Notes: a model not told the origin generated them from the sequence alone. A DNA stretch of 64,000 nt from an uncultured Planctomycetia bacterium (GCA_964489445.1 CAZAYU010000001.1:210276-274275), one strand, 5' to 3'. Positions 9,920 through 20,500 are shown, counted from the stretch's first letter. Numbers and translations: made by a program.

Positions 9920-10480
9920 TTACCTCCTAAAAGGGAATCCAAATAATCTAAATAACTCCCTCGCTTCATCATCTGTCTTAGCACTAGTATGAATGCTAAT
10001 GTTCATCCCCTGCGCCCGACTAATCTTGTCAATGTTAAGTTCCGGGAATATGCTTTGCTCCGGCAAACCAAAAGTATAGTTTCCTTTCCCATCAAAGGAA
10101 TTCTCCGAAAAACCGCGAAAATCACGAATTCGGGGAAAAGATACAGTAATCAATCGGTCTAAAAATTCATACATTATATTTTTCCTTAAAGTCACACAAC
10201 AACCAATTGCCAATCCTTTGCGCAACTTAAAATTAGAAATTGGTTTCCGAGCTCTACACACTTTCGGCTTTTGCCCGGTAATCAATCCTAGCTCTTGTGC
10301 AGCTTTTTCGGCAATTTTAGCATCAGATGTAGCTTCTCCTATCCCCATGTTAACTACTATTTTTACTATCCGAGGAACAGCCAAGTCATGCTTGTATCCT
10401 ATTTTATTTTTTAATGCAGAAGCTATTGTCTCACGATATAATTTTAAGAATCTTGGTGTATATTTTTCTTTTTGTTCCAT
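9920..10480 (-). CDS. rplE: 50S ribosomal protein L5
   Basis: 186 aa; L5 fold, spc-operon position. Confidence 0.96.
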   Translation of the reverse strand: MEQKEKYTPRFLKLYRETIASALKNKIGYKHDLAVPRIVKIVVNMGIGEATSDAKIAEKAAQELGLITGQKPKVCRARKPISNFKLRKGLAIGCCVTLRKNIMYEFLDRLITVSFPRIRDFRGFSENSFDGKGNYTFGLPEQSIFPELNIDKISRAQGMNISIHTSAKTDDEARELFRLFGFPFRR

Positions 10481-10516
10481 AATATTTGATTTTTGCTCTA
10501 ATTTTTTAGACTAAGA

Positions 10517-10831
10517 TTAAACCGGTCTATTACATTTTTTACAAACTCTGACTTTACTTTTGTCATCGGAGATTTTTGTCCCAAATCTTACTCCTTTATT
10601 GCAATTAGCACAAAATAATGCCACGTTAGAAATACTAATTGAGGAAGGGATTTCTTTTATCCCTCCAGCTTCACTTTCTGAGCGACGCCGAATATGTTTT
10701 TTGACTAGGCTAACTCCTTCCACAAAAATACGGTCTTTGGAAACATTATTCTTTAAAACCTTCCCTGTCCTTCCCTTATTTTTTCCGGCAAGCACGATTA
10801 CTTTATCACCTTTTTTAATTCGTAAACTCAT
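10517..10831 (-). CDS. rplX: 50S ribosomal protein L24 (KOW) with C-terminal CxxC-x17-CxxC
   Basis: 104 aa; MSLRIKKGDKVIVLAGKNKGRTGKV (KOW) ...ALFCANCNKGVRFGTKISDDKSKVRVCKKCNRPV. Confidence 0.95.
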   Translation of the reverse strand: MSLRIKKGDKVIVLAGKNKGRTGKVLKNNVSKDRIFVEGVSLVKKHIRRRSESEAGGIKEIPSSISISNVALFCANCNKGVRFGTKISDDKSKVRVCKKCNRPV

Positions 10832-10847
10832 TTTAAAACCTTCTTTT

Positions 10848-11213
10848 CTATATTGCTTCCGGAGCTAGAGACAATATTTTAGCAAATTTTCCTCTTAATT
10901 CTCTTGCTACCGGGCCAAACACTCTGGTTGCTCTAGGATTTCCTTGTTTGTCAATAATCACACAAGCATTCTTATCAAACTTAATAGCTAATCCATCGCG
11001 TCTTTTAATCGGAAAGCATGTTCTTACCACTACCGCTCGAACAACCTCTCCTTTTTTAATTGCCGCATTAGGCATCGCTTCTTTAACGCTAGCAGTGATG
11101 ATATCCCCGATAACTGCGCAATCTCTTCCCTTTCTGCCAATAACTCCGATAAACGCAACTTTTTTTGCTCCGCTGTTATCTGCCACATCTAACTTTGTTC
11201 TTAAATAAATCAT
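10848..11213 (-). CDS. rplN: 50S ribosomal protein L14
   Basis: 121 aa; [19 protein letters not shown]... L14 signature. Confidence 0.96.
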   Translation of the reverse strand: MIYLRTKLDVADNSGAKKVAFIGVIGRKGRDCAVIGDIITASVKEAMPNAAIKKGEVVRAVVVRTCFPIKRRDGLAIKFDKNACVIIDKQGNPRATRVFGPVARELRGKFAKILSLAPEAI

Positions 11214-11253
11214 AGCTTACACATTATGTTTTTCCTTGTGTTTATCTACTTCA

Positions 11254-11493
11254 CTAACTAATAATTGTCAAAAGCTCAAAACACTTATCCTTCGAATAAG
11301 GGCGAGATTCAATTATTTTAACTTTATTTCCTACTTTTGCACTATTTTTAGAATCGTGAGCTTTATATTTCTTTCTTCTCACCACTGAACGCTTGTACAG
11401 CTGATGTGAAAACTTTTTGCTGACCAACACAGAAATAGTTTTATCCATTTTATCAGATACAACTTCGCCTTCTAATATTCTTCCTTTTTTCAC
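11254..11493 (-). CDS. rpsQ: 30S ribosomal protein S17
   Basis: 79 aa OB-fold; S10-operon position. Confidence 0.94.
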   Translation of the reverse strand: MKKGRILEGEVVSDKMDKTISVLVSKKFSHQLYKRSVVRRKKYKAHDSKNSAKVGNKVKIIESRPYSKDKCFELLTIIS

Positions 11494-11684
11494 TTTTTCA
11501 CCCCTTGTTTCCGATTAGCAAACGTAAGAATGCGAGCAATATCTTTCTTAACTTGTTTAAAAAGATGAGGTTTTTCCGCTCCGGTTTTACGCTTAAACTG
11601 CAATTCCATTAACCGTTTATTGAGCTCTTTTAATTTATCACTTAATTCTTGGGACGTTAATCCTTCCAACTCTTTAACTTTCAC
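11490..11684 (-). CDS. rpmC: 50S ribosomal protein L29
   Basis: 64 aa helical; MKVKELEGLTSQELSDKLKELNKRLMELQFK. Confidence 0.94.
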   Translation of the reverse strand: MKVKELEGLTSQELSDKLKELNKRLMELQFKRKTGAEKPHLFKQVKKDIARILTFANRKQGVKK

Positions 11685-11695
11685 TTATTGCTCCT

Positions 11696-12106
11696 CTACT
11701 TTTTTCTACTCACAAACATTAACTTAAACGGCAATTTATAAGCTATCAATTTAAAAGATGCCCGAGCGTAATCTTCCGGAATTCCACCAAGCTCAAAAAT
11801 AATTTTTCCTCTTCGAATAACCGCTACCCAACTATCTACCTCGCCTTTTCCTTTTCCTTGTCTTGATTCTGCAGGCTTTTTGGTAATTGGCTTATCCGGA
11901 AAAACTCTAATCCAGAGTTTACCACCTCTACGTAATCTACGCGTAAGAATTATCCTTGCTGTTTCTATTTGATTATTTTTAAGCCATCCAGCTTCCAGCG
12001 CCTTTACACCGTATTCACCAAAAGAAACAGTTGACCCACCAACAGAAAGCCCTTTTCGCTTTCCGCGTTGTTCTTTTCTGTATTTTACTCGTTTAGGAAG
12101 AAGCAT
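11696..12106 (-). CDS. rplP: 50S ribosomal protein L16
   Basis: 136 aa; MLLPKRVKYRKEQRGKRKG... L16 signature. Confidence 0.96.
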   Translation of the reverse strand: MLLPKRVKYRKEQRGKRKGLSVGGSTVSFGEYGVKALEAGWLKNNQIETARIILTRRLRRGGKLWIRVFPDKPITKKPAESRQGKGKGEVDSWVAVIRRGKIIFELGGIPEDYARASFKLIAYKLPFKLMFVSRKK

Positions 12107-12139
12107 TATATGTTATTTATTTAAAATTATTTAACTTAT

Positions 12140-12826
12140 TTATCGTGGATAACGATTTTTTTCTGTTTTCTCTTCTTTTATCAAGTAACTTCCCAATTTC
12201 TTTATTCCTTTGTAAATCCATACCTTAACCCCAATCGTTCCATAGGTAGTTTTCGCAATATAAAAACCATAGTCAATATCGGCTCTAAAAGTTTGCAAAG
12301 GAACTTTTCCGTGTTTATAGGATTCTTTACGGGCAATTTCAACCCCTCCCAATCGTCCTGAGCATTTTATCTTTATTCCTTCACCACCCAAGGAAGTTGC
12401 TTGCTGTATTGCTCTTTTCATCGCCCGCCTAAAATTTATTCTTCTCATCAACTGGAATCCAATTGACTCAGCAACTAACTGTGCTTCTAGCGCCGGCTCG
12501 CGTGCTTCTTCAACGTCAATCAAAATTTCTTTTTTTGCTAATTTATTCAGAATCTGTTTTACCCGCTCAATATCTTGCCCCCGCCTACCAATTATAACGC
12601 CCGGGCGAGAGGTTCTGACTCTAATCCGAATCACATTAGAAGATACTCTCTCAATATTTATAGAAGCAACAGAGCCGTTAGGATAGTTTCTCTTTATTGC
12701 GTTTCGAATTTTGAAATCTTCCTCTAAATAATCAGCATATTCCCGTTTTCGCGGAGAAAACCAACTAGAAAGCCAGTCTTTACCAAATCCGATTCTCAGC
12801 ACATAAGGATGAACTTTTTGACCCAT
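12140..12826 (-). CDS. rpsC: 30S ribosomal protein S3
   Basis: 228 aa; KH domain plus S3 C-terminal domain. Confidence 0.96.
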   Translation of the reverse strand: MGQKVHPYVLRIGFGKDWLSSWFSPRKREYADYLEEDFKIRNAIKRNYPNGSVASINIERVSSNVIRIRVRTSRPGVIIGRRGQDIERVKQILNKLAKKEILIDVEEAREPALEAQLVAESIGFQLMRRINFRRAMKRAIQQATSLGGEGIKIKCSGRLGGVEIARKESYKHGKVPLQTFRADIDYGFYIAKTTYGTIGVKVWIYKGIKKLGSYLIKEEKTEKNRYPR

Positions 12827-12857
12827 ATAAATCTCCGATTTAACTATTTATCTAGCC

Positions 12858-13202
12858 TCATTTAATTAACTTTTCTTTAGTATCCAGTTCTATTAGAATA
12901 TGTGACGTTCTTTTTCTTATTGTCGTTGCTCTGCCAAAAGACGCAGCACGATGCCGTTTCAATGTCGGTCCAGGATTAACAACAATTTTAGATATAAACA
13001 AACCATCCTCAGTGTATCCTTTATTTTTTGCATTCGCTAAAGCAGATTTCAACACTTTAGCTAAAAGATGCGCACTCTTTTGATTAATTAGCCCAATCTT
13101 GTGTAAAGCGCCTTTAGCTACGCTTCCTTTAATTAAGCGACTAACTGGCCTTATCTTAGTGGGTGAAGTTCGAATATATTTTGCTTCCGCTTTTGCTACC
13201 AT
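12858..13202 (-). CDS. rplV: 50S ribosomal protein L22
   Basis: ORF track gives 129 aa from an upstream ATG at 13247; homologous L22 begins at the second Met (MVAKAEAKYIRTSP...), giving 114 aa. Start 13202 preferred, 13247 possible. Confidence 0.93.
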   Translation of the reverse strand: MVAKAEAKYIRTSPTKIRPVSRLIKGSVAKGALHKIGLINQKSAHLLAKVLKSALANAKNKGYTEDGLFISKIVVNPGPTLKRHRAASFGRATTIRKRTSHILIELDTKEKLIK

Positions 13203-13274
13203 TATAAAAAGTTTTGTCTTGTATTCGAATTTAATAAGTCTTACCATTTAAGACTATCAAACCAAATCTGTTTA

Positions 13275-13562
13275 TTATTTTTTCTGAATAGCCTTCTTGG
13301 CTTTTATTCCTCCATGTTGACGAAATGTTCTAGTTGAGGAAAACTCTCCCAAACGATGACCAACCATTGATTCAGTTATGAAAACAGGAATATGCTTTTT
13401 GCCATTGTGCACCGCAAAAGTAAGCCCAACAAAATCCGGAATGATCATTGAACTGCGTGACCAAGTTTTTATTGCCTTGCGATCTCCGGATATCTTTGCT
13501 TTCTGCGTTTTTTTAAGCAACTTTTGATCTACGAAAGGCCCTTTTTTAAGAGAACGGCTCAT
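13275..13562 (-). CDS. rpsS: 30S ribosomal protein S19
   Basis: 95 aa; [18 protein letters not shown]... S19 signature. Confidence 0.96.
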   Translation of the reverse strand: MSRSLKKGPFVDQKLLKKTQKAKISGDRKAIKTWSRSSMIIPDFVGLTFAVHNGKKHIPVFITESMVGHRLGEFSSTRTFRQHGGIKAKKAIQKK

Positions 13563-14413
13563 TTCTTACCTCTCTTTTTATTCACTCTTCGCTTAATAAT
13601 ATATTTACTAGTTTGTTTGCGTGGATTACGCGTTTTTGCCCCTTTAGTCGGCTTGCCCCAAGGTGTTACTGGGTGAGGATTACCCTGCCCAGCTCTTCCT
13701 TCTCCACCACCATGTGGATGATCAACCGGGTTCATCGCTACCCCCCGAACTTTTGGCCTTCTACCTAGCCAACGCACTTTTCCAGCTTTACCCATGCGAA
13801 AGGAAGAATGTTCAATTAACCCAACCTGACCAACTGTAGCCCGACAATCAATCCTTACTAAACGTATTTCCCCTGATGGCATGCGTAGTTGGGCAAACCG
13901 TCCTTCTTTAGCCATAAGCTGAGCCCAGCTTCCTGCACTTCTACCTAAAATTCCACCCTTACCCGGTTCCAACTCTATATTATGGATAAAAGTTCCCATT
14001 GGAATATGTAACAATTTCATACTATTGCCAGGATTTATATCAATTTGAGCATCTTTGGCGCTGATAATTTCATCTCCGACTTTAAGGTTGTTTGGCCAAA
14101 TAATATACCTTTTTTCTTGATCAGGATAAACCACCAAAGCTATTCTAGCGGTGCGGTTCGGATCATATTCTACAGCAATAATTTTTCCGGAAACATCATA
14201 TTTATCACGCTTGAAATCAATTATTCGGTATTTTCGTTTGTTGCCTCCTCCACGCCTACGTACTGTTATCCGACCACGATTATTCCTTCCACCACTCTTT
14301 TTCAAACTAACCGTTAATGACTTTTCCGGATAGGATTTCGTAATCTCTTGAAAATCAGAAATCACTTTAAAGCGTAATGTCGGCGTAATTGGTCTAAATT
14401 TTTTTACTCCCAT
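13559..14413 (-). CDS. rplB: 50S ribosomal protein L2
   Basis: 284 aa; L2 RNA-binding and C-terminal domains (HPHGGGEG). Confidence 0.97.
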   Translation of the reverse strand: MGVKKFRPITPTLRFKVISDFQEITKSYPEKSLTVSLKKSGGRNNRGRITVRRRGGGNKRKYRIIDFKRDKYDVSGKIIAVEYDPNRTARIALVVYPDQEKRYIIWPNNLKVGDEIISAKDAQIDINPGNSMKLLHIPMGTFIHNIELEPGKGGILGRSAGSWAQLMAKEGRFAQLRMPSGEIRLVRIDCRATVGQVGLIEHSSFRMGKAGKVRWLGRRPKVRGVAMNPVDHPHGGGEGRAGQGNPHPVTPWGKPTKGAKTRNPRKQTSKYIIKRRVNKKRGKK

Positions 14414-14456
14414 AATATACTATATTTTAGTTACAAGCTAACTCTGTTTATCATCA

Positions 14457-14747
14457 CTAGGCCAGCTTGATTTCAAATCCTTTTTTCAAAGTTACTACTG
14501 CTTTTTTCCAAGAAGCAGTTTTTCCGGATTGGTTGCCTCTAATCCTTTTCATTTTTCCCTTTACAATTAATGTAGAAATTTTATCAACTTTAACTTTATA
14601 TATAAACTCAACAGCATTTCTTATTTCCACCTTATTAGCGCTCAACGCAGCACGAAAAGCATATTTTCGATAAACAGCATCTTTTGTTAATTTCTCGGTG
14701 ACCAAAGACCCTTTAATGATAGAATAAATACTTTTTTGTCTAATCAT
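14457..14747 (-). CDS. rplW: 50S ribosomal protein L23
   Basis: 96 aa; S10-operon position between L4 and L2. Confidence 0.94.
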   Translation of the reverse strand: MIRQKSIYSIIKGSLVTEKLTKDAVYRKYAFRAALSANKVEIRNAVEFIYKVKVDKISTLIVKGKMKRIRGNQSGKTASWKKAVVTLKKGFEIKLA

Positions 14748-15411
14748 TTAAAGCCTCATTTTTCTTCTTATTAACGCAGGATTTGCTAATTCTTTCCTCA
14801 ATTTTTCTTAAAGTTTTTTTGGTTAATATCACTCTATCACAATCTATAATCTCCTTTGTGCTTACGTCTGAAACTTTTGCTAAAAATACTTTTTTTATAT
14901 TTCTTGTCGCAAGTTTTAAATTATTTGCAAATGCCTCAACGACAAATCTCATTTTAAAATTATTAATATTGAGATTGTTAATAATTTCAAAAAAGAATTT
15001 TGTTTTGGGGACATCAATAGATAAATCGTCAATAATTAGTATTTGTTGATCTTTTAGTTTAGCATTCAAAGCGCTTTTTAAGGCTTGTATTTTCATTTTT
15101 TTAGGAAAATCTTTATTATAGGAGCGTAACTGAGGACCAAATGTAACTCCGCCGCCGCGCCAAATCGGAGAACGGGATGAACCTACGCGCGCTCTACCCG
15201 TACCTTTCTGCCGCCAAGGCTTCCTTCCGCCCCCACGTACGTTACCTCTTGTTTTTGTCAATGCTATTCCCTTACGTTGATTGGCCAGTTGGGTTACAAC
15301 CGCCTGCTGAATAAGCACAAGATTTACTTTTCCATCAAACACTTGATGATTAAGAGTAATTCTTTCCACCTCTTTTCCCTGAATATTAAAAACCGGAAAA
15401 TCTAGTTGCAT
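14740..15411 (-). CDS. rplD: 50S ribosomal protein L4
   Basis: ORF track extends to ATG at 15450 (236 aa); alignment with bacterial L4 supports start at Met14 (MQLDFPVFNIQGKEV..., 223 aa). GGGRKPWRQKGTGRAR motif. Confidence 0.94.
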   Translation of the reverse strand: MQLDFPVFNIQGKEVERITLNHQVFDGKVNLVLIQQAVVTQLANQRKGIALTKTRGNVRGGGRKPWRQKGTGRARVGSSRSPIWRGGGVTFGPQLRSYNKDFPKKMKIQALKSALNAKLKDQQILIIDDLSIDVPKTKFFFEIINNLNINNFKMRFVVEAFANNLKLATRNIKKVFLAKVSDVSTKEIIDCDRVILTKKTLRKIEERISKSCVNKKKNEALND

Positions 15412-15453
15412 GATCTGGGAAATGGGCCCTTTTTTTCTTTCTTGTACCATAAA

Positions 15454-16155
15454 TTATTTAATTTTTGCTATTTTAACTATTGTGTTCCTGCTTCCAGGCA
15501 CACTTCCCTTGATAAATAATAAGTGTTTATCTTTATCTACTCTTACAATTTGTAAGTTTTTTGTAGTTCGAAATTTATTACCTAAATGTCCCGGCATATG
15601 AATACCCTTAATTATCCTCGAAGGATACGCAGAAGCTCCAGCAGAGCCTAATCGACGATGCGAAGTCGAACCGTGAGTTTTTGGCTGGCCCGACCACCCC
15701 CATCTCTTCATGCCACCGGCAAAACCTCTCCCTTTGGTTTTTGCCCTTACATGGACTCTTTCTCCTTCACTAAAAATTTCTACCCCTACCTCGCGAGATA
15801 TAGGACCGCTCTCTACCACACCATCGGGAGATTCTTTGGTAGTAACTTCAGTTTTTTCTCCATTCTTTTTTAAAAAAGAAACATCCGCTCCAGTAGCTAT
15901 GTTTACTTCACGGATCAACTTGTAAGCGCCTACTCCCATTTTATTAAAGTATCCGGATATTGGTTTTTTTATTTTTTTAGCCTTTGCTTGCTCAACAAAA
16001 AAACAGCCTATTTTTAACTTTACAGATTTAGGATATTTTATTTCCTCTAGCAAACAAACAGGTTCCACTTCAACCAATGTTACTGGAGATATCTCTCCTT
16101 GCTCGTTAAATATTTGAGTCATCCCAACTTTTTTACCGTATATTTCTTTAATCAT
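15454..16155 (-). CDS. rplC: 50S ribosomal protein L3
   Basis: 233 aa; MIKEIYGKKVGMTQIFNEQGE... L3 signature. Confidence 0.96.
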   Translation of the reverse strand: MIKEIYGKKVGMTQIFNEQGEISPVTLVEVEPVCLLEEIKYPKSVKLKIGCFFVEQAKAKKIKKPISGYFNKMGVGAYKLIREVNIATGADVSFLKKNGEKTEVTTKESPDGVVESGPISREVGVEIFSEGERVHVRAKTKGRGFAGGMKRWGWSGQPKTHGSTSHRRLGSAGASAYPSRIIKGIHMPGHLGNKFRTTKNLQIVRVDKDKHLLFIKGSVPGSRNTIVKIAKIK

Positions 16156-16224
16156 ACATATCTCTCAATTTTAATGATCCTTTGATTTCTTTTAATATAG
16201 GTTTAATTAAAAAATCTCTTAGGC

Positions 16225-16533
16225 TTAAAGCTCCTGCTTTATCTCTACACTGACTCCTGCCGGCAGGTTCAATTTTCTTAAGGCATCTATTGTTTTAGCA
16301 GTGGGGTCATCTAAGTCAATAATCCGCTTATGAACAGCCAACATAAATTGTTCTCTAGATTTTTTATCAACGTTAGTCGAACGATTAACAGTGTAAATTT
16401 TCTTTCTTGTTGGTATCGGAATCGGCCCATTAACTTTTGCTCCTGTTCGTAATGCAACTTCTGCTATATCCTTGGCGGACTGATCCAATATCCTATGATC
16501 AAATGCTTTTAGTTTTATTCTTAGTTTTAACAT
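16225..16533 (-). CDS. rpsJ: 30S ribosomal protein S10
   Basis: 102 aa; [19 protein letters not shown]... S10 signature; no obvious Shine-Dalgarno (AAAAAGAAA ATG). Confidence 0.96.
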   Translation of the reverse strand: MLKLRIKLKAFDHRILDQSAKDIAEVALRTGAKVNGPIPIPTRKKIYTVNRSTNVDKKSREQFMLAVHKRIIDLDDPTAKTIDALRKLNLPAGVSVEIKQEL

Positions 16534-16614
16534 TTTCTTTTTGATTATTTTTGCGCTAATCGTATTTTATATTTTTTAAAACACTTTTAGCGCAAAATAT
16601 TTAACTAATAAAAA

Positions 16615-17817
16615 TTATTCAGTAATCTCGGTCACAACTCCTGCACCTACTGTCCTACCACCTTCACGAATCGCAAACCTTAATTCCTTTTCAACTGCAA
16701 TTGGTTGGATTAATTGCACATCAACTACAACATTGTCTCCAGGCATAACCATTTCTACGCCTTTTGGCAGTTGACAAGTTCCAGTAACATCCGTTGTTCG
16801 GCAATAGAACTGTGGCCGATACCCGCCAAAAAAAGGAGTATGCCTACCGCCTTCTTCCTTTTTTAAAGCGTACATCTGAGCTTTAAATTTAGTATGAGGA
16901 GTAATTGATCCAGTCTTGGCTAAAACCATTCCTCTTTCTACTCCTTCTTTCTCAATCCCTCTCAGCAACAATCCAACATTATCTCCGGCTTGTCCTTCAT
17001 CAAGAAGCTTTCGAAACATTTCTACCCCAGTAACTACAGTTTTCCTGGTTGCCGGGTGGATACCCACCATCTCTACCTCTTCACCAACTTTAACTTTTCC
17101 TCTTTCAATCCTTCCGGTAACTACAGTACCCCTTCCCGAAATTGAGAACACATCTTCTACTGCCATTAAAAAAGGCTTTTCAATGTCTCTTTTCGGCGTA
17201 GGAATATGCTCATCAACTGATTTCATTAAGTCAATAATTGATTTACAATTTGGACAATCATCTTTGCCACAACCACATTCCATAGCTTTTAGTGCTGACC
17301 CTTTAACTATGGAAATGTCTTTCCCGGGAAACTCATATTTTGTCAATAAATCACGTACTTCTTCTTCGACCAGCTCAACAAGCTCGGCATCTTCCATCTG
17401 GTCAACCTTATTAACAAAAACTACAACTGCCGGAACATTAACCTGTCTTGCTAAAAGTATATGTTCCCTAGTTTGAGGCATTGGCCCATCAGTAGCCGCT
17501 ACGACTAAAATTGCGCCATCCATTTGGGCAGCTCCAGTAATCATATTTTTAATATAATCAGCGTGACCAGGACAATCAATATGTGCATAGTGACGCTTTT
17601 CTGTTTCATACTCAACGTGAGCAATATTGATAGTTACTCCACGCTCTCTTTCTTCGGGAGCTTTATCAATATCTTCAAACTTAAGTGCCTGTGCACCGCC
17701 TTTAGTCGCCAACACCTTAGTTATCGCTGACGTAAGTGTTGTTTTTCCGTGATCTACGTGGCCAATAGTACCGATGTTAAGATGAGGTTTTGACCTTACA
17801 AATTTTTCTTTCCCCAT
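16615..17817 (-). CDS. tuf: Elongation factor Tu (with Cys cluster [11 protein letters not shown] in domain I)
   Basis: 400 aa; [23 protein letters not shown]-motifs; sits in str operon after fusA. Confidence 0.97.
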   Translation of the reverse strand: MGKEKFVRSKPHLNIGTIGHVDHGKTTLTSAITKVLATKGGAQALKFEDIDKAPEERERGVTINIAHVEYETEKRHYAHIDCPGHADYIKNMITGAAQMDGAILVVAATDGPMPQTREHILLARQVNVPAVVVFVNKVDQMEDAELVELVEEEVRDLLTKYEFPGKDISIVKGSALKAMECGCGKDDCPNCKSIIDLMKSVDEHIPTPKRDIEKPFLMAVEDVFSISGRGTVVTGRIERGKVKVGEEVEMVGIHPATRKTVVTGVEMFRKLLDEGQAGDNVGLLLRGIEKEGVERGMVLAKTGSITPHTKFKAQMYALKKEEGGRHTPFFGGYRPQFYCRTTDVTGTCQLPKGVEMVMPGDNVVVDVQLIQPIAVEKELRFAIREGGRTVGAGVVTEITE

Positions 17818-17882
17818 ATTTACCTCCTTTTAGCACTGGTTGTTTAATTATTACTCTCCAACTAAAACATCCCGCGCTTCTC

Positions 17883-19946
17883 TTATACTCCTACTATTTT
17901 TATTAATACCTCTTCAGGAACTCTTTCGTAATACAAAGGTTCTATTATATAAGATGCACGCCCTTGTGTCAAGCCTCTTAATATATCTGCATAGTTAAAA
18001 ACTTCAACTAACGGCACTTCTGCTTTAATTATTCTTAAATTTTTTCTTTCTTGAATAGCAGAAATTCTAGCCCGCCGCGAGTTTAAATCACCAATTACCT
18101 GGCTAGCATATTCAGAAGCAACCACGACTTCTAGATTCATTATCGGCTCTAGTAAAACTGATTTTGCTTTCTTTAAGCCATCCTTAATACCTATTTCTGC
18201 GGCAACCTTAAACGCCAGCTCGGAAGAATCTACATCGTGGTAAGATCCATCTACTAATGTAACTTTGACATTCACCACTGGATATCCTCCTAAAACACCA
18301 CTTTCCAACGCTTCCAAAACACCTTTTTTTACTGAAGGAATATATTCCTTGGGGATTGCCCCAGATTTAATTTTACTTTCAAACACTAACCCTTTACCTC
18401 TACTTAATGGTTCCATTAAAAATACTACATGCCCGTATTGCCCTTTACCACCTGTTTGCTGTATGAATTTTCCAGCAACTTCTGCCCGTTTAGTTATTGT
18501 CTCTTTATAGGCTACCTGCGGTTTACCAATCCTTGCTGCAACTTTAAAATCACGCGTCAACCGGTCGACCATAATCTCTAAATGAAGTTTACCCATTCCA
18601 GAAATAATCGTCTGTCCGGTTTCTTTATTGTAAGTTACCTTAAACGAAGGATCTTCATCAGCTAATTTTCCTAAAACATCGAACAGCTTATCTTGATCAG
18701 CTTTAGTTTTTGGTTCAATGGCTAAGGAAACCACTGGCTCCGGAAATTTTATATCCTCTAAAATTAGATGTTTCTGACTATCACACAAAGTATCTCCGGT
18801 AGTTGTAGATTTTAGTCCAACTAAACAAATAATATCTCCTGCTTTTGCTTCTTTAACAGCTTCTTGCTTGCTTGCGTGCATCCTTAAAATTTTAGTTATT
18901 CTCTCTTTTTGCTGTTTTGTTGCATTATAAATACTAGACCCCGAATTAACTTTTCCCGAGTAAATTCTCGTATAATAAAGTTTTCCAGCAAACGAATCAG
19001 AAAATACTTTGAAGCATAGTGCGCACAAAGGAGCGTTTAGAGAAATATTAAGCTGATAACTTTCATTGTTTTTAACATCTAAAACATCAATGCCTGCACA
19101 TTCTGCAGGTGAAGGAAGATAATCACAAACCGCTCCGAGCATCTGCTGTATTCCTTTATTCTTTAAAGCTGAGCCGCAAAGAACCGGAACAATTTTATTC
19201 GCAATAACTTGCGCCCGCAAAACCGACACAATCTCACTTTCTGATACCTTCTCGCCATCAAGTACCTTTTGCATAAACTGATCATCAAGCTCAGCAATTT
19301 TTTCGATCAAATGTTCTTTGCAAGTACCAACCAAACTTTGCATCGCTTCAGGAATACTTTCTTCAACAACCTTTTCTCCAAATTCTCCGTCATAATACAA
19401 TGCTTTATCTCGGATCAAATCAACCAACCCCACAAACTCATCATTATTATAAATCGGTATCTGAATTGGAATATTAGTAGTTTGTAGTTTTTCATCCATT
19501 TCTTTCACGACAGCAAAAAAATCTGCTCCTTGACGATCCATTTTATTAATAAACGCAATCCGCGGAATATTATAACGATTAGCTTGATGCCAAACAGTCT
19601 CCGACTGTGGTTCAACACCTCCTACAGCGCAAAAAATCACAACTACCCCGTCCAACACCTTCAAGGACCGTTCAACTTCAACAGTAAAGTCAATGTGTCC
19701 AGGAGTATCAATAATATTAATTTGGCAATTACGCCAACAACAATAAGTTGCTGCTGAAGTAATTGTGATCCCTCTTTCTTTCTCTTGAGCCATCCAATCA
19801 GTCACGGCAGTTCCTTCGTGCACCTCACCCACCTTATAAGTTCTTCCAGCATAAAAAAGAATTCTTTCAGTAGTAGTTGTTTTTCCCGCATCAATATGCG
19901 CAATAAAACCAATATTCCGTATCAAGCCTAAATCTTTTTTTACCAT
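17883..19946 (-). CDS. fusA: Elongation factor G
   Basis: 687 aa; AHIDAGKTTTTERIL, five-domain EF-G architecture. Confidence 0.97.
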   Translation of the reverse strand: MVKKDLGLIRNIGFIAHIDAGKTTTTERILFYAGRTYKVGEVHEGTAVTDWMAQEKERGITITSAATYCCWRNCQINIIDTPGHIDFTVEVERSLKVLDGVVVIFCAVGGVEPQSETVWHQANRYNIPRIAFINKMDRQGADFFAVVKEMDEKLQTTNIPIQIPIYNNDEFVGLVDLIRDKALYYDGEFGEKVVEESIPEAMQSLVGTCKEHLIEKIAELDDQFMQKVLDGEKVSESEIVSVLRAQVIANKIVPVLCGSALKNKGIQQMLGAVCDYLPSPAECAGIDVLDVKNNESYQLNISLNAPLCALCFKVFSDSFAGKLYYTRIYSGKVNSGSSIYNATKQQKERITKILRMHASKQEAVKEAKAGDIICLVGLKSTTTGDTLCDSQKHLILEDIKFPEPVVSLAIEPKTKADQDKLFDVLGKLADEDPSFKVTYNKETGQTIISGMGKLHLEIMVDRLTRDFKVAARIGKPQVAYKETITKRAEVAGKFIQQTGGKGQYGHVVFLMEPLSRGKGLVFESKIKSGAIPKEYIPSVKKGVLEALESGVLGGYPVVNVKVTLVDGSYHDVDSSELAFKVAAEIGIKDGLKKAKSVLLEPIMNLEVVVASEYASQVIGDLNSRRARISAIQERKNLRIIKAEVPLVEVFNYADILRGLTQGRASYIIEPLYYERVPEEVLIKIVGV

Positions 19947-19991
19947 CTTAATTTATTTTAAAAAATATTAGCGTTACTTGTTAACCTATAC

Positions 19992-20459
19992 TTAATAGCG
20001 AAAATGAGCAAATGCTTTGTTAGCCTCAGCCATTTTATGCGAATCGTCTCTCTTTTTAATCGCCGCACCTTCTCGTTTATAAGCAACAATAATTTCCTCA
20101 GCTAGTTTATCTTTCATCGCTTTACCTTTTTTCTTTAACGCAAAATCCTTAATCCAGCGTAACGCAATAGACATTCCTTTTTCTTTAGGAACCTCCAGCG
20201 GAACCTGATATGTGGATCCTCCTATTCTTCTTGGTTTTACTGTCATTCGCGGACGAACATTTTCTAAAGCAGCAAAAAATACTTTTAGCGGATCCATTTT
20301 AAGCCTCTCATTCACCGTATCAAAAGCACTATAGACAATCTTTTGTGATATACTTTTCTTACCATCAAACATAATGATGTTAATCAACTGTCCGACAACA
20401 GAAGAGTCATATTTTGCATCCTTTTTAATTTCTCGTTTTGGCGCTCTTCTTCTTCTCAT
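19992..20459 (-). CDS. rpsG: 30S ribosomal protein S7
   Basis: 155 aa; MRRRRAPKREIKKDAKYDS... S7 signature. Confidence 0.96.
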   Translation of the reverse strand: MRRRRAPKREIKKDAKYDSSVVGQLINIIMFDGKKSISQKIVYSAFDTVNERLKMDPLKVFFAALENVRPRMTVKPRRIGGSTYQVPLEVPKEKGMSIALRWIKDFALKKKGKAMKDKLAEEIIVAYKREGAAIKKRDDSHKMAEANKAFAHFRY

Positions 20460-20500
20460 ATTTCCTTCCTTTTTTATATCTCAAGTACACTAACGGTTCT

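Noticed and set aside
16916-17476. 186-aa plus-strand ORF inside tuf (and all other plus-strand ORFs in the track, e.g. 51018-51503, 28498-28878, 28930-29370, 3634-3996)
   Set aside because: Each lies antisense within a well-supported minus-strand gene, has low-complexity composition, no RBS and no homology signal. They are shadow ORFs.
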